This document shows, piece by piece, positions 10,077-20,247 of a stretch of 64,000 nt of DNA (the first letter of the stretch is position 1; each line of letters begins with the position of its first letter). Location: positions 3,584,001 to 3,648,000 of the forward strand of contig OZ252100.1 in assembly GCA_965248435.1 (NCBI GenBank). The letters are read 5' to 3'. Source of the DNA: Candidatus Latescibacterota bacterium (GTDB lineage Bacteria; Latescibacterota; UBA2968; GCA-2709665). The notes below the pieces were generated by a model. It saw nothing but the letters and a program-made list of their open reading frames with translations, had not been told where the DNA came from and made no database searches. Both the position numbers and the translations under genes were made by a program.

Positions 10077-10240
10077 CACAAGCAACCTCTGGAAGGAGTC
10101 AAAAAGGGAATCAAAAAACCATGACCGGATCGTCTCACATTTCATATATTGGCGGCCGGAGAACTCACCCGTATCTGTCTCCGCAGGTCTTACATTCAAT
10201 AATATAAGAAAAGAAGGGAAGGAAAAAGGGGAGAGGTCCG

Positions 10241-11476
10241 ATGATTCACAAGGTTGAGGCGCTGAATTACCGCTGTTTCAATTACATCGGTCAGCGCCTT
10301 AATCGCTTCCAGGTCCTGGTCGGACCGAATTCAAGCGAGAAGACCAGCTTCCTGGACGTGATCGCCTTTCTGGGAGACCTGGTTCGCAAAGGAGTGGATG
10401 GAGCGATCAAACAGCGAACCCGGGACTTGCACGACCTGGCCTGGGGCCGCGAGGGGGGGAGATTCGAGCTCGCTTTAGAGGTTTCCATCCCCCAGGAAAT
10501 CCTGAACCGTCTTCCAGATCAAGATTTTAGGGCCTGTCGGTACGAGGTCGTGATCGCCTCGAACCCGGAGTCAGATGAGCCTGCGATCCTGTCGGAGAAG
10601 GTCCTTGTCCTTTTGCCCACCGATGTTCCGAGGGACCCTCAGGAAACGCTCTTTCCCCTCGGGGGTGCCGTTCCGGAGACGCTCGTTACGCCAAGAGGTG
10701 TAAGAAGCGCGAAGACCCTGGTGAACAAAGTCCCGGGGGGCAACGACCACTTCTATGACGAGACCGGACACGGATGGGATCACGCGTTCAAACTTGGATC
10801 CAAGAAATCTGCCCTGGGGAATCTGCCAGAGGACGAGGGCCGGTTTCCGGTTTCCACGTGGCTGAAGGGGATGCTGGTCGACGGCATATACCGCCTCAAT
10901 CTGGAACCCCTTGTGCTCCGGAAGCCCAGTCCGCCCGGCCAGCCAGGCGCCTTTCGGCCCGACGGGTCCAACCTCCCGTGGGTGGTCGAAGACCTCAAAC
11001 GGGCTGATTTCGACAGTTATTCTGCCTGGACCGAACACGTTCGCTCGGCGCTGCCGGATATCGAGTCTGTGAGTACGGTGGAGCGTCGGGAAGACCGGGC
11101 TCGTTATCTCCTCGTTCGCTACCGCGGCGGTCTGGAAGTCCCGTCCTGGATGGTGTCGGATGGCACGCTGAGATTCCTGGCCCTATCGCTCCCTGCGTTT
11201 CTACCCGGCTACGACAAGACCTACCTGATCGAGGAACCTGAAAACGGCATCCACCCGGAGGCCGTAGAGCACCTTTATGCCTTCCTGCGATCTGCTGAAT
11301 CTCAGGTCCTGGTGACCACGCATTCCCCCGTGATCCTGGAGACTGCGGAACCTGACCGCGTTCTCTGTTTTTCGAAGAACCGGGAAGGGGCGAGCCAAAT
11401 CGTGTCCGGTGAGCAGCATCCGGCGCTCAGAAACGGGCGTCAGGGTGACCTTTTTGCTCCGGGTAACTTTGATTGA
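10241..11476 (+). CDS. AAA/ABC-type ATPase (AAA_21-like)
   Basis: Walker A-like GPNSSEKTS, SDGTLR signature, LIEEPENGIHP Walker B/D-loop, TTHSP H-loop. Confidence 0.85.
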   Translation: MIHKVEALNYRCFNYIGQRLNRFQVLVGPNSSEKTSFLDVIAFLGDLVRKGVDGAIKQRTRDLHDLAWGREGGRFELALEVSIPQEILNRLPDQDFRACRYEVVIASNPESDEPAILSEKVLVLLPTDVPRDPQETLFPLGGAVPETLVTPRGVRSAKTLVNKVPGGNDHFYDETGHGWDHAFKLGSKKSALGNLPEDEGRFPVSTWLKGMLVDGIYRLNLEPLVLRKPSPPGQPGAFRPDGSNLPWVVEDLKRADFDSYSAWTEHVRSALPDIESVSTVERREDRARYLLVRYRGGLEVPSWMVSDGTLRFLALSLPAFLPGYDKTYLIEEPENGIHPEAVEHLYAFLRSAESQVLVTTHSPVILETAEPDRVLCFSKNREGASQIVSGEQHPALRNGRQGDLFAPGNFD

Positions 11477-11782
11477 GCGAAGTGCAGTGCAGGTTAAGGA
11501 AGTTCGCGGCGAGAGAAGAGAAGTGGAGATACGCCGGCGAGGGAGTTCTCCCGGCGTTTCTTTTATCACGGAAGAACACGGAAGCTACGGCGGAGACCGT
11601 GATGACACGGAAAACATCGAGTGAGGTGTACAACACCCGCACCTGCACCCGGTTAAGAAGAGACCTCAGGAGGCGCGGAGGGCCACGGAGCCTCCCTCCC
11701 CAAAACCGATTCGAAGCCTTGTTCTCCCTTCACGGAAGCCTGTCCCTCGCTTGACGCGGGAGGGGCTAGGGGGTTAGGTCTT

Positions 11783-13150
11783 GTGAATATCATCCTGATC
11801 ATTTCAGATACCTACCGGTATGACAACCTGTTCGATCGGGCGAGTATGCCGGTGCGCACGCCCCATCTCGATCGTTTCTCAGAGCGAGCTGTTAGTCTGT
11901 CGAGCATGGTTCTTGCAAGTTTTCCGACGCCTTCACACAGGACCGATGTGACGACGGGGCGCTACTTCTGGCCGTGGGCGGATCGGTCGCTGACGAATCA
12001 TTCACCCGTGCTGCTTGAAGAGGCAGGTTACGTCACGCAGTTTATCTGCGATTGCCCGCACCTGTTCAAGCGGGGCATCAACACCGGTTTCAACGGGGCG
12101 TATGAGCTTCGAGGCCAGGAGGGGGACACTTACTTTCTCAGAATGAATCGTCCGTTCAAAGAGGCCATGCCCCTGGACAAGACCCGCCAGGACTATCACT
12201 TCCAGGGCCGCAACCTCGTCGACCTGCATTGCTGGACGAACCGGCACTGGTACCGGGAAGAGGATCGCTTTGCCCCCCGGATAGCAGGGCTGGGTGTGGA
12301 GTGGCTCGAGGAAAATTTCGCGCATCACCCCTTCTTCTTGTGGCTCGACTTCTTCGATCCGCACGAGCCCTGGGATCCGCCCGAATACATGGTGAAGCGT
12401 TATGACTCCGATTACACCGGCACTCCGATGATCCATCCCAACTACGGCAGGGCCAGCGATATGACCGCAGAGGAGTTGAGAAACCTGCGGGCACACTACT
12501 GCGCAGAGGCGGAGCTGGCGGACCGGTGGGTGGGACGCGTGCTCGAGAAGATCGACGATCTGGGGCTCTGGGAAAATTCGATCGTGGTGTTCACATCTGA
12601 CCACGGGATGAGTCTCGGCGAGCACAACCAGGCGGGGAAGGCGAACCGGAACCTGAGTGACGAACGGTTCTGGCCGCTCTATCCGGAGATCGCGCACGTT
12701 CCCTTCATGGTTGCCGCTCCCGGACTGGAGGGGGGAACGACTGTGGATGCCCTCACACAGCCTGTGGATATCCTGCCGACCCTGATGGATCTGGCGGATG
12801 TAGAGGTTGCGCCTCCACAGCCGTTCCACGGCCGGTCTTTCGCGCGGGCGCTGAAGGGAGAGCAACAAGCGCCGCTGAGAGAGATCGCGATCTGCTCGGC
12901 GACGTTGCGGGGTGAGGCGAACGGGCCTCCGAAGAAGTGGACGACGCCGGTCGTCTACACCGATGCGTGGGCATACGTACCGATCGGTCAAGGAGGGGAG
13001 CGCGAGTTATACCATCTCGAGGACGATCCTTATGGCGAACGCAACGTCGCTCCAGACCATCCCAAAGTCGCCACCGATCTGCACGCAAAGTTTGTGAGTT
13101 GGCTTCGCAAAATGGAAGTTCCAATTAGAGTGATTGATCTATACAACTGA
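11783..13150 (+). CDS. sulfatase/alkaline phosphatase superfamily hydrolase
   Basis: IISDT.R.D, FFDPHEPWDPP, FTSDHG, ELY...DP. Confidence 0.88.
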   Translation: MNIILIISDTYRYDNLFDRASMPVRTPHLDRFSERAVSLSSMVLASFPTPSHRTDVTTGRYFWPWADRSLTNHSPVLLEEAGYVTQFICDCPHLFKRGINTGFNGAYELRGQEGDTYFLRMNRPFKEAMPLDKTRQDYHFQGRNLVDLHCWTNRHWYREEDRFAPRIAGLGVEWLEENFAHHPFFLWLDFFDPHEPWDPPEYMVKRYDSDYTGTPMIHPNYGRASDMTAEELRNLRAHYCAEAELADRWVGRVLEKIDDLGLWENSIVVFTSDHGMSLGEHNQAGKANRNLSDERFWPLYPEIAHVPFMVAAPGLEGGTTVDALTQPVDILPTLMDLADVEVAPPQPFHGRSFARALKGEQQAPLREIAICSATLRGEANGPPKKWTTPVVYTDAWAYVPIGQGGERELYHLEDDPYGERNVAPDHPKVATDLHAKFVSWLRKMEVPIRVIDLYN

Positions 13151-13174
13151 GGGATTCTAACGAGGAGAGAAACC

Positions 13175-14122
13175 GTGGACGTTCAAGAGGCAAAGGCCGT
13201 TTTCAGAGGGAGCACGATTTCTGTAGCGACGCCGTTTACGGAGGACTTCGAGCTGGACCTCGACGCCCTGCGCGAGAACATCCGCTTCATGCTCGACCGG
13301 GGCGTGAAACGAGGCAACGGCCTACTGCTCGTCGCTGCTGCGGGCGGCGAGTTTCCGATGCTCAGCTTTGATGAACGCTTGCAGGTGATTGAGGCCAGTG
13401 TAGAGGTTGCTGCCGGCGAGATCGAGGTGGCCGCGAGCATCCAGTTCAACGGGACGCGTGAGGCTGTGGAATTTGCCCGTCGCGCACACGAGGCGGGAGC
13501 TTCCCTGGGTCAGCTCTCCTCACCGTACTACTATCCTCCCCCTGAAAAGGACATCTTCCGGTTCTTCAAGGCGGTATCGGATGACAGCGACCTGCCCATC
13601 ATGGTCTACAACAACTGGTGGAATACGCCCAACATGAACGTGGACACAGTGGATCGGCTGGCGGAGCTCCCGAACGTGGTCGCCCTCAAATGGTCCGCCC
13701 CCAACAGCGGCCAGTACAGCGAAGGGCTTCACCGACTTGCGGACCGGCTCGCGATCATCGACAACAACGGGCAGGTCGTCTGGTCAAACGTGATGGGCGC
13801 GGTGGGATTCGTCACCCACGTCAGCAACTTCTGGCCTGAGTACCCACTCGCGATCTGGCAGGCCCTGGAGCAGGGAGACTATCCGAAAGTCGCCCAGGTG
13901 CTCGGCGAGTTCCAGTTCGTTTGGCAGGCCTGGCGCAAGAAAGTCGAGGCTGAAACAGAGGGAGAGGGCCCTTTCATCAAGGCGGCAATGGAAGGGGTCG
14001 GCCTGCCTGCCGGCCCGCCCCGCCCGCCGGCGGCCCGCGTGAGCGCCGGACTGCGGGAGGCGTTTCGCGAGCTCGCCGAAGAGACCGGCATTCCGAGGGC
14101 CGCGGCTCCAGTGGCGGCCTGA
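13175..14122 (+). CDS. dihydrodipicolinate synthase family aldolase/dehydratase
   Basis: TPF..D...D, GGEF..LS, SPYY, MVYN, and Schiff-base Lys in ALKWS. Confidence 0.88.
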   Translation: MDVQEAKAVFRGSTISVATPFTEDFELDLDALRENIRFMLDRGVKRGNGLLLVAAAGGEFPMLSFDERLQVIEASVEVAAGEIEVAASIQFNGTREAVEFARRAHEAGASLGQLSSPYYYPPPEKDIFRFFKAVSDDSDLPIMVYNNWWNTPNMNVDTVDRLAELPNVVALKWSAPNSGQYSEGLHRLADRLAIIDNNGQVVWSNVMGAVGFVTHVSNFWPEYPLAIWQALEQGDYPKVAQVLGEFQFVWQAWRKKVEAETEGEGPFIKAAMEGVGLPAGPPRPPAARVSAGLREAFRELAEETGIPRAAAPVAA

Positions 14123-14149
14123 CACGATCGGGAAACGAGGATTCGTATT

Positions 14150-15004
14150 ATGGCCAAGATCACCGCGACCTCCTCGCTCGGTTGGGCACACTACACGCTC
14201 TACGAGGCGCTGCCCCGTATCAAGGCGCGGGGCTTTCAGCGCGTCGAGATCGCGAGTTTCTACAGCTACTGCTTTCACTTCAATTTTGGGAGCCCGACGC
14301 CGGGCGAGCTGAAGCAGATGCTGGCGGATCTGGAGCTCGAACCGGTCTGTCTGAACTACTGCGGAAGCAATCAGGAGGCGTGGCGAAACGAAGAGATCGA
14401 CCGGTTTGTTGCGGACTGGACGCGGAAGCTGGAGCACATGGCCGACGTCGGCATCCCGATGATGACGATGCTGTTCGGGACCCGCAACGACCGGCCTGAC
14501 CAGGAGGCCCAGCTGGCCAACTCGGTGGAGGCCTACGATCGCGTCGGAGAAGCGGCGGCTGGGTTGGGCATCCGGATGCTGCTCGAAGTACCTCATCTGT
14601 GGACCATCATCTGGGGGCCCGAGCAGGTGCTCTGGGTGATGGATCGCCTGTCGAGCGATAACGTCGGCGCGCTCGTGGACTCGAGTCACTGGGGCATTTC
14701 AGGCTATGATCCTGACGCCTTTTTCGACGCGCTGGGAGATCGGCTCTGGCACGTGCATCTCCGGGACTCCCAGGGGCCTGACAGCGCGGACTGGAATCAG
14801 GATCTGGAGCTGACTCCTGGCAAAGGGTCGGTGGACTTCGGGAAGTTCGCCCGGGCGCTGGATCGCGTCGGGTACGTGGGAGATGTGTCGCTCGATTTCG
14901 AATACCGGGATATGACGCTCGACGGAATCGAGTGCGAATATGATGCCGGACTAAAATATCTGGCGAAGGCCGGATGGGAGGTTGCGGAGGGCGTGCAGTA
15001 TTGA
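14150..15004 (+). CDS. sugar phosphate isomerase/epimerase (xylose isomerase-like TIM barrel)
   Basis: LLEVPH, VDSSH, HVHLRD, PGKGSVDF, SLDFE. Confidence 0.85.
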   Translation: MAKITATSSLGWAHYTLYEALPRIKARGFQRVEIASFYSYCFHFNFGSPTPGELKQMLADLELEPVCLNYCGSNQEAWRNEEIDRFVADWTRKLEHMADVGIPMMTMLFGTRNDRPDQEAQLANSVEAYDRVGEAAAGLGIRMLLEVPHLWTIIWGPEQVLWVMDRLSSDNVGALVDSSHWGISGYDPDAFFDALGDRLWHVHLRDSQGPDSADWNQDLELTPGKGSVDFGKFARALDRVGYVGDVSLDFEYRDMTLDGIECEYDAGLKYLAKAGWEVAEGVQY

Positions 15005-15145
15005 GGGTTTCGAATCGCAATGGAAATCCCCCTCAATCCCTCCCTCGACTCGCAAGCTCGCTCGGGACAGGCCTTTTCCAAAGGGGGAAGAATGCATCCA
15101 TCGGTCAGTATAGTCGGCAAATGAGCAATGTCCCCCCTTTGCAAA

Positions 15146-16467
15146 GGTTCATCACCGATTTCCGGGGAAGGCGTGGCGGATTCTAAGAAAGAAATAATTA
15201 TCATCCCTGAAGCCATATGCCATCCGCTTGATGACCTTGATTTTGTTGTTAATTCCCTCAATCAGGCTTGTCCCGATGGGATAGTCACAGTGAGCTAGGA
15301 TTCCTGGCATATACGTCTTCAGATTGCGTGCGAATTTCTTGAGTGGCTCGATCTTGCTGTAGATGGCGCGTCGATACCACTGATTCCAGAATCTGTTGGC
15401 CGCAGCTCTGGATCGATAAGACCAGAGATGATTGAGATCCTCTTTGAGGAGGTATACCGTGTAGAGGCGTTTGTTTGCAGAAAGCAATTCTCTTAGCGAC
15501 ACTCTGTCTTCTTTGCTCGTGACATTTGCTTTGCTGCGCAGGAGCAACCACCGTTGGTTCTGAGTCACTTTGCGATCGGGTCGGCCACCGCGCACCCGAC
15601 CCAGTTCGTCGATGCGTACTCGCTCGACGACGTCGCGGTTGTACTTGGCTTTAACGTGATACAGGTCATAGATGATGTCCACATCCGGACAATGGGATCG
15701 CACCTCCTCTTCGTAGGCACCGTTCATGTCCATCGCCACGGCCTCAAGTTGCTTGCAGCCTTCTTCTCCAAGGAGGTGGAAAAACGGGCGGATGTCCTCT
15801 CGACTTCGGCCGCGACCCACCCATAGGACACGCTTGGTCTCCATGTCAACAATCACTGTGGCGTAGCGATGGCCCTTTTGGATCGCAAATTCGTCCATGC
15901 CGATCACCGTGACCCTGGCAAAATCCGGCGGTTCCAGCTCTTGCTGGAGATGGGTCTTGTGAATGCGCTTCACGGTATTCCAGCTCATCCCATAGTGCTG
16001 TGCCACGTGCTGGATGGGCAGGACTTCGCACAATCGAACAACACTTTCAGCCAGGCGTTGAGTGACCCGTGAATACCGATCCAGCCAGTCAATCTGCTCC
16101 GTCCGGCAGCCACATCGGGGACATAGGACGCGCCGGGAGTGCACGATCAGCCTGGTTCGAGACCCCCAGATCGGCAAATCCTGAGCAAATCGCACTGCCC
16201 AATCATGAACCCGGTACGCCTTCTTCCCGCAACCACCACACCGAGGAAGGCGGCCTGTCTTGGGACGTAACTCGACTCCAACAACGTCTGCTTCCTGACG
16301 TTGAATGCCAACTACCACAAACCCTTGCCACCTACCCAGTAAGGATATACTTTGCACCTGAGACAACGCGCTCTCCTTTCTACCTTCAGGTTTATAGAGG
16401 ATACTCTGAAGATAGGTCGGATGCCGTTGTCTCGTCTATTTTCTACCCCAACATTTGACGAAGAACC
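15146..16467 (-). mobile_element. ISL3-family insertion sequence (1322 bp)
   Basis: Termini GGTTC...GAACC with imperfect IR; 8-bp TSD TTTGCAAA at 15138-15145 and 16468-16475. Confidence 0.92.
15152..16366 (-). CDS. ISL3 family transposase
   Basis: CxxC zinc finger, GMDE, AMDM, YDLYHV, EGINNKIKVIKRMAYGFR. Confidence 0.95.
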   Translation of the reverse strand: MSQVQSISLLGRWQGFVVVGIQRQEADVVGVELRPKTGRLPRCGGCGKKAYRVHDWAVRFAQDLPIWGSRTRLIVHSRRVLCPRCGCRTEQIDWLDRYSRVTQRLAESVVRLCEVLPIQHVAQHYGMSWNTVKRIHKTHLQQELEPPDFARVTVIGMDEFAIQKGHRYATVIVDMETKRVLWVGRGRSREDIRPFFHLLGEEGCKQLEAVAMDMNGAYEEEVRSHCPDVDIIYDLYHVKAKYNRDVVERVRIDELGRVRGGRPDRKVTQNQRWLLLRSKANVTSKEDRVSLRELLSANKRLYTVYLLKEDLNHLWSYRSRAAANRFWNQWYRRAIYSKIEPLKKFARNLKTYMPGILAHCDYPIGTSLIEGINNKIKVIKRMAYGFRDDNYFFLRIRHAFPGNR

Positions 16468-16829
16468 TTTGCAAAGGGGGGCAGGGGGGATTTGAATTTC
16501 GAGAAGAAGAGATCCCTTCACGTCCATTGGGATGAATGCTATGCCATCTACAACTAAAATCAAGACGCCCTTAGAGGCGGACTGGATCTGGACGTCAGAA
16601 GACCTGCCGGCCAGAAAGATGTGCAGACCCTGCGCATCGACGGAAAGGAACAGCCGATCGAGCCGGTTTCTCGGCTGGAGGGATGCACGGGGCTGGAGGT
16701 GGAGGTTGCGCTTGCATGAATCGCTGTTCAAGACCGCAGACCGCAGACGACGGACAGCGAGATGAATAGCGCGATCTTTTGGGTTTTGAGTCGTCCGTGG
16801 TCGAATTTAGGGGTTAAGGAACGCCGCAG

Positions 16830-17648
16830 ATGCTGGTGACTGATTTTGCAAACTCCTATCAACACTGGACCCGGCCTCCGCAGCGGATCATCGAGGCAGA
16901 AGCATCCTACAAGCTCTGGAGCAGGCCGTCAGAAGCTGACGAGGTTGAGCCGTCGGGGGAGATGGACTGGGGGAACAGTGCGCGCATTCAGATCGAAGCC
17001 CGCACCGTGCTGACGGATGAGGCGTCGGGCGAGTCGGACGAGTTCTTCCTGATCGTTCCGTGCCGAGCGGAGTGGATGTATCGGGAAGACGCCCTGTTTC
17101 AGATGCCCAACTGGGAATACCGGCAGATCTATTCGCGCACGCGGGGTATGGGGCTTTGCAGAGCGTTAACCTCAGAAGGGGAGCAGCCCTTTTCGACGAC
17201 GCTTGAACGCTACACATCAACTCGCCTCGTCGTGAAGCCTCTGTCCAATCCACGGGTACTCGAGAGCGACGAGGCGGTGATCGAGGCAACTGAGAACCGT
17301 CTGCCGATGGTCGCGCAGACGGAGATTTCAGACGCGGAAAGTGGAATGAATGCGCTGATCGAGTACCCCGTAAAGACGATGAACTATCACCCGGAACGGA
17401 ACCGATTTCAGGTGGATACCGGGTCTGTGATGTGGCCGGACTTCTCGGCCCTTTCGGACCACTGGATCGAGTGCCTCTGCCTGGCACACGTGATCTACAA
17501 CCGATTCGATCGCACGGAATTTATCGTTCGTCGTCCGACGCCCGTCAAGGTAGACGCGGAGGAGGTCTGTCGGGTGCTTCACTATTCCGAAGTTTATCAG
17601 AAACAGGCGAAGCATACGATCTTCTGTGGCGAGAAAGCAGGACAGTAA
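16830..17648 (+). CDS. hypothetical protein (paralog of 17814-18572)
   Basis: Long ORF with extensive amino-acid identity to the next ORF (DFANSY, WGNS.RI, PCRAEWMYR, IEYPVKTMNYHPERNRFQVDTG). Confidence 0.8.
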   Translation: MLVTDFANSYQHWTRPPQRIIEAEASYKLWSRPSEADEVEPSGEMDWGNSARIQIEARTVLTDEASGESDEFFLIVPCRAEWMYREDALFQMPNWEYRQIYSRTRGMGLCRALTSEGEQPFSTTLERYTSTRLVVKPLSNPRVLESDEAVIEATENRLPMVAQTEISDAESGMNALIEYPVKTMNYHPERNRFQVDTGSVMWPDFSALSDHWIECLCLAHVIYNRFDRTEFIVRRPTPVKVDAEEVCRVLHYSEVYQKQAKHTIFCGEKAGQ

Positions 17649-17813
17649 CACAAAGCGGGATCTGGGCACTCAGATTTCGGGCTCTATTAATTTACCGGGA
17701 GCCGGTTCCCCGACTGGAGCTTGTCCTGAGCGAGCGCAAGCGAGTCGAAGGGTCGGGTCCCACCACGAGGCGTGCCACATCGCACCAACCTAAAATTTGA
17801 GGAGGACCTGCAA

Positions 17814-18572
17814 ATGGAAGTTCTGGATTTTGCGAATTCCTACCAGTTCTGGGACAGCCCCCCCAACCTCGAGGACAAACGAAAACCCGGTCATATGAAG
17901 TGGGGCAACAGCGTGCGCATCGCGATCGAGGCCCGAACGGTCCTGACGGACGAGGAGACGAGCCAGTCGGACGAATTCTTCCTGATCGCCCCGTGCCGCG
18001 CTGAGTGGATGTACCGGGATGATGTCCTGTTTCAGATCCCGAGCCGGGAGTATCGTCAGATCTGGTCACGCGCGAGGGGGATGGGTGTGGGCAGGGGAAT
18101 AACGTATGAAGGGGGACAGCCCACATCTGATACGCTGGATCGCTTCAATAGCTTCGATATCGTCGTCGAAACGATCCAGAGCCCGAGGGAACTCGAGACA
18201 GACGAAGCGGTGATCGAGGCGACCGAAAAGAATCTGCCGATCGTCGTGCAGACGGAGATCTCGGACGCGGAGAGCGGGATGCGTGCGGTGATCGAGTACC
18301 CCGTGAAGACGATGAACTACCATCCCGAACGGAACCGATTCCAGGTCGACACCGGACCGGTGATGTGGCCCGAGTTCTCGGCCCTCGGGACGCACTGGAT
18401 AGAGTGCCTCCGGATGTCACACGTGATCTATAACCGATTCGACAAAGCGGAGTTCATCATTCGCTGTCCGACGCCGATCGAGGTAGAGGGTAAGGAGGTC
18501 TGCACGGTCCTTCATTATTCGGAGGTGCATCAGCACGAGGCGACAAACAAGATTTATTGTCCCTCAACCTGA
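17814..18572 (+). CDS. hypothetical protein (paralog of 16830-17648)
   Basis: ATG at 17814 after GAGGAGG; aligns end to end with the upstream ORF. Confidence 0.8.
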   Translation: MEVLDFANSYQFWDSPPNLEDKRKPGHMKWGNSVRIAIEARTVLTDEETSQSDEFFLIAPCRAEWMYRDDVLFQIPSREYRQIWSRARGMGVGRGITYEGGQPTSDTLDRFNSFDIVVETIQSPRELETDEAVIEATEKNLPIVVQTEISDAESGMRAVIEYPVKTMNYHPERNRFQVDTGPVMWPEFSALGTHWIECLRMSHVIYNRFDKAEFIIRCPTPIEVEGKEVCTVLHYSEVHQHEATNKIYCPST

Positions 18573-18645
18573 AGAACCGTATCTCGTATTTCGGGGCTCA
18601 CATCCTTCACCCATTCTCGTCAAAGAAGCAAGAAAAGGAAACTCC

Positions 18646-20202
18646 ATGGCTAACGCAGATCCCGAGATTCCGTTCCTGATCGGAGAGGATTTCACTCAGC
18701 GCGAAAACGTGACCTGGCGGGTCGAACAGGCGGGAGGCGATGCATCACGCGCACTGTTGGAACCAGAAATGCCGTGGGACGACGGCCATCCTTTCCTGCA
18801 CGGCACCGTCGCTCACGACCCGATCGACGGGCTCTGGAAGGCGTGGGGAACCGCGTCCCCGAGTGCGCAGTTTCGCACGCAGCTACGACGCCTCGGCTAC
18901 CTCGAAAGCGAGGATGGGGTCAGCTGGCAACGGCCGGAACTCGACCTGAGTCCGATTGGGGATCACGAACGCACGAACGTCCTCCTGGATCTGGACACCG
19001 GGGGATATTCACTCTGCTCGAGCGTGCTGATTGATCCCGAAGCGGACGAGACACGTCGCTATGAGATGTTCGTGCTTCGTCAACCGGGCAGGCCTGCTGA
19101 TTTGAAAGCGGCAGAGACAGTAACCGGATTTACGGGGTCAGACGGCAGGGGGGCTCGAGCCTCCGGTCTTTATCGTTACTTCTCCGGCGACGGGATTCGC
19201 TGGCAGCCCTCGACCGGACCGCTGATGACGATTGAAGGCGATCCGCTGAAGTCCAAGAGCACGAACGACAATATATTCGTCTACCGCGAGGCGGACGGGA
19301 CATATGCCGCCTACCACAAGATGGTCGTGCGGAATTTTCCCGGGTCCATCTACCCTTACGAGACCTCATTCGGAGTGTGTCGCGTTCTCGTTAGACGGAC
19401 GAGCGAAGACGGAGTCGATTGGAGTGAACACGAGCAGGTCGTGCTGCCGGACTGGCGAGATACCCACGACACCCAGTTCATGGAGATCTCCGTGACGCCG
19501 GCCCCGGGAGGTTACCTCGGCGTTCTGACCGTCTACAAGACCGCGAACCAGACGATCGAGCTGCAGTTCGCCGCTTCGCGAGATGGGCGGTACTGGTGGC
19601 GCCCGGACCGCCGTCCCTGCGTCGTGCAGCCTCCTGTCGGCGACTACGGTGGGGGGATGATGTGGGGAAGCCACCACATGATCGTGGACGGTTCGCTTAT
19701 TCATTATTATTATAGCGGACTCCAGGGCATCCACGGGGATGTGTTGGGCACCCAGGAGGCGGAGATCGCCGCCGCGGAGGGGAGGACTTACAAGCCGACG
19801 CCTAACCTGCACGGCGAGATTATCAGTCGCCTGCCGAATCTGATCTCCTTCCAGGGCGCGCTCTGTCGCGCGACCTGGACCAGAGGCCGTCTGTGGGGCC
19901 TGGCAACCGCTTCGGGTGGGAGACTGGAAGGGAGCGCGACCACGGCGTCGACATTGCGTGAGGGCCAAAAGCTGAGGATCAACGCGAGCACAGTGGACTA
20001 CGGAGAGATCGTCGCGGAACTTGTGAACGATGAAGGCAAGGCCCTGCAGGGCTTCGACCGAGAGGCGTGTGACTCGTTTTCGGGGGACGCCGATCGAACG
20101 GAGATGAGCTGGAACGGAAAGACGTCTTCTCCCGCTGACGGAGCGCGGGTGCGATTCGTCTTGCGGAATGCCACGCTCTATGGATTTGAGTTTGGCGATT
20201 GA
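18646..20202 (+). CDS. putative glycoside hydrolase-like beta-propeller protein
   Basis: Repeated SxDG..W Asp-box-like motifs (SEDGVSW, SGDGIRW, SEDGVDW, SRDGRYW) and a probable C-terminal beta-sandwich. Confidence 0.6.
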   Translation: MANADPEIPFLIGEDFTQRENVTWRVEQAGGDASRALLEPEMPWDDGHPFLHGTVAHDPIDGLWKAWGTASPSAQFRTQLRRLGYLESEDGVSWQRPELDLSPIGDHERTNVLLDLDTGGYSLCSSVLIDPEADETRRYEMFVLRQPGRPADLKAAETVTGFTGSDGRGARASGLYRYFSGDGIRWQPSTGPLMTIEGDPLKSKSTNDNIFVYREADGTYAAYHKMVVRNFPGSIYPYETSFGVCRVLVRRTSEDGVDWSEHEQVVLPDWRDTHDTQFMEISVTPAPGGYLGVLTVYKTANQTIELQFAASRDGRYWWRPDRRPCVVQPPVGDYGGGMMWGSHHMIVDGSLIHYYYSGLQGIHGDVLGTQEAEIAAAEGRTYKPTPNLHGEIISRLPNLISFQGALCRATWTRGRLWGLATASGGRLEGSATTASTLREGQKLRINASTVDYGEIVAELVNDEGKALQGFDREACDSFSGDADRTEMSWNGKTSSPADGARVRFVLRNATLYGFEFGD

Positions 20203-20247
20203 GACGACTTCGCGAATCTCATGGCCATTAGGTGCAGGCTAAATATC

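Larger units (their letters stand above)
15024..16493. repeat. MITE-like palindromic element interrupted by ISL3
   Basis: Ends AAATCCCCCT...AGGGGGGATTT. After removing the IS, the arms match the reverse complement of 45415-45579. Confidence 0.75.

Noticed and set aside
13175-14122. dapA assignment
   Set aside because: The GTTGE pyruvate-binding motif is replaced by AAGGE and the context is catabolic.
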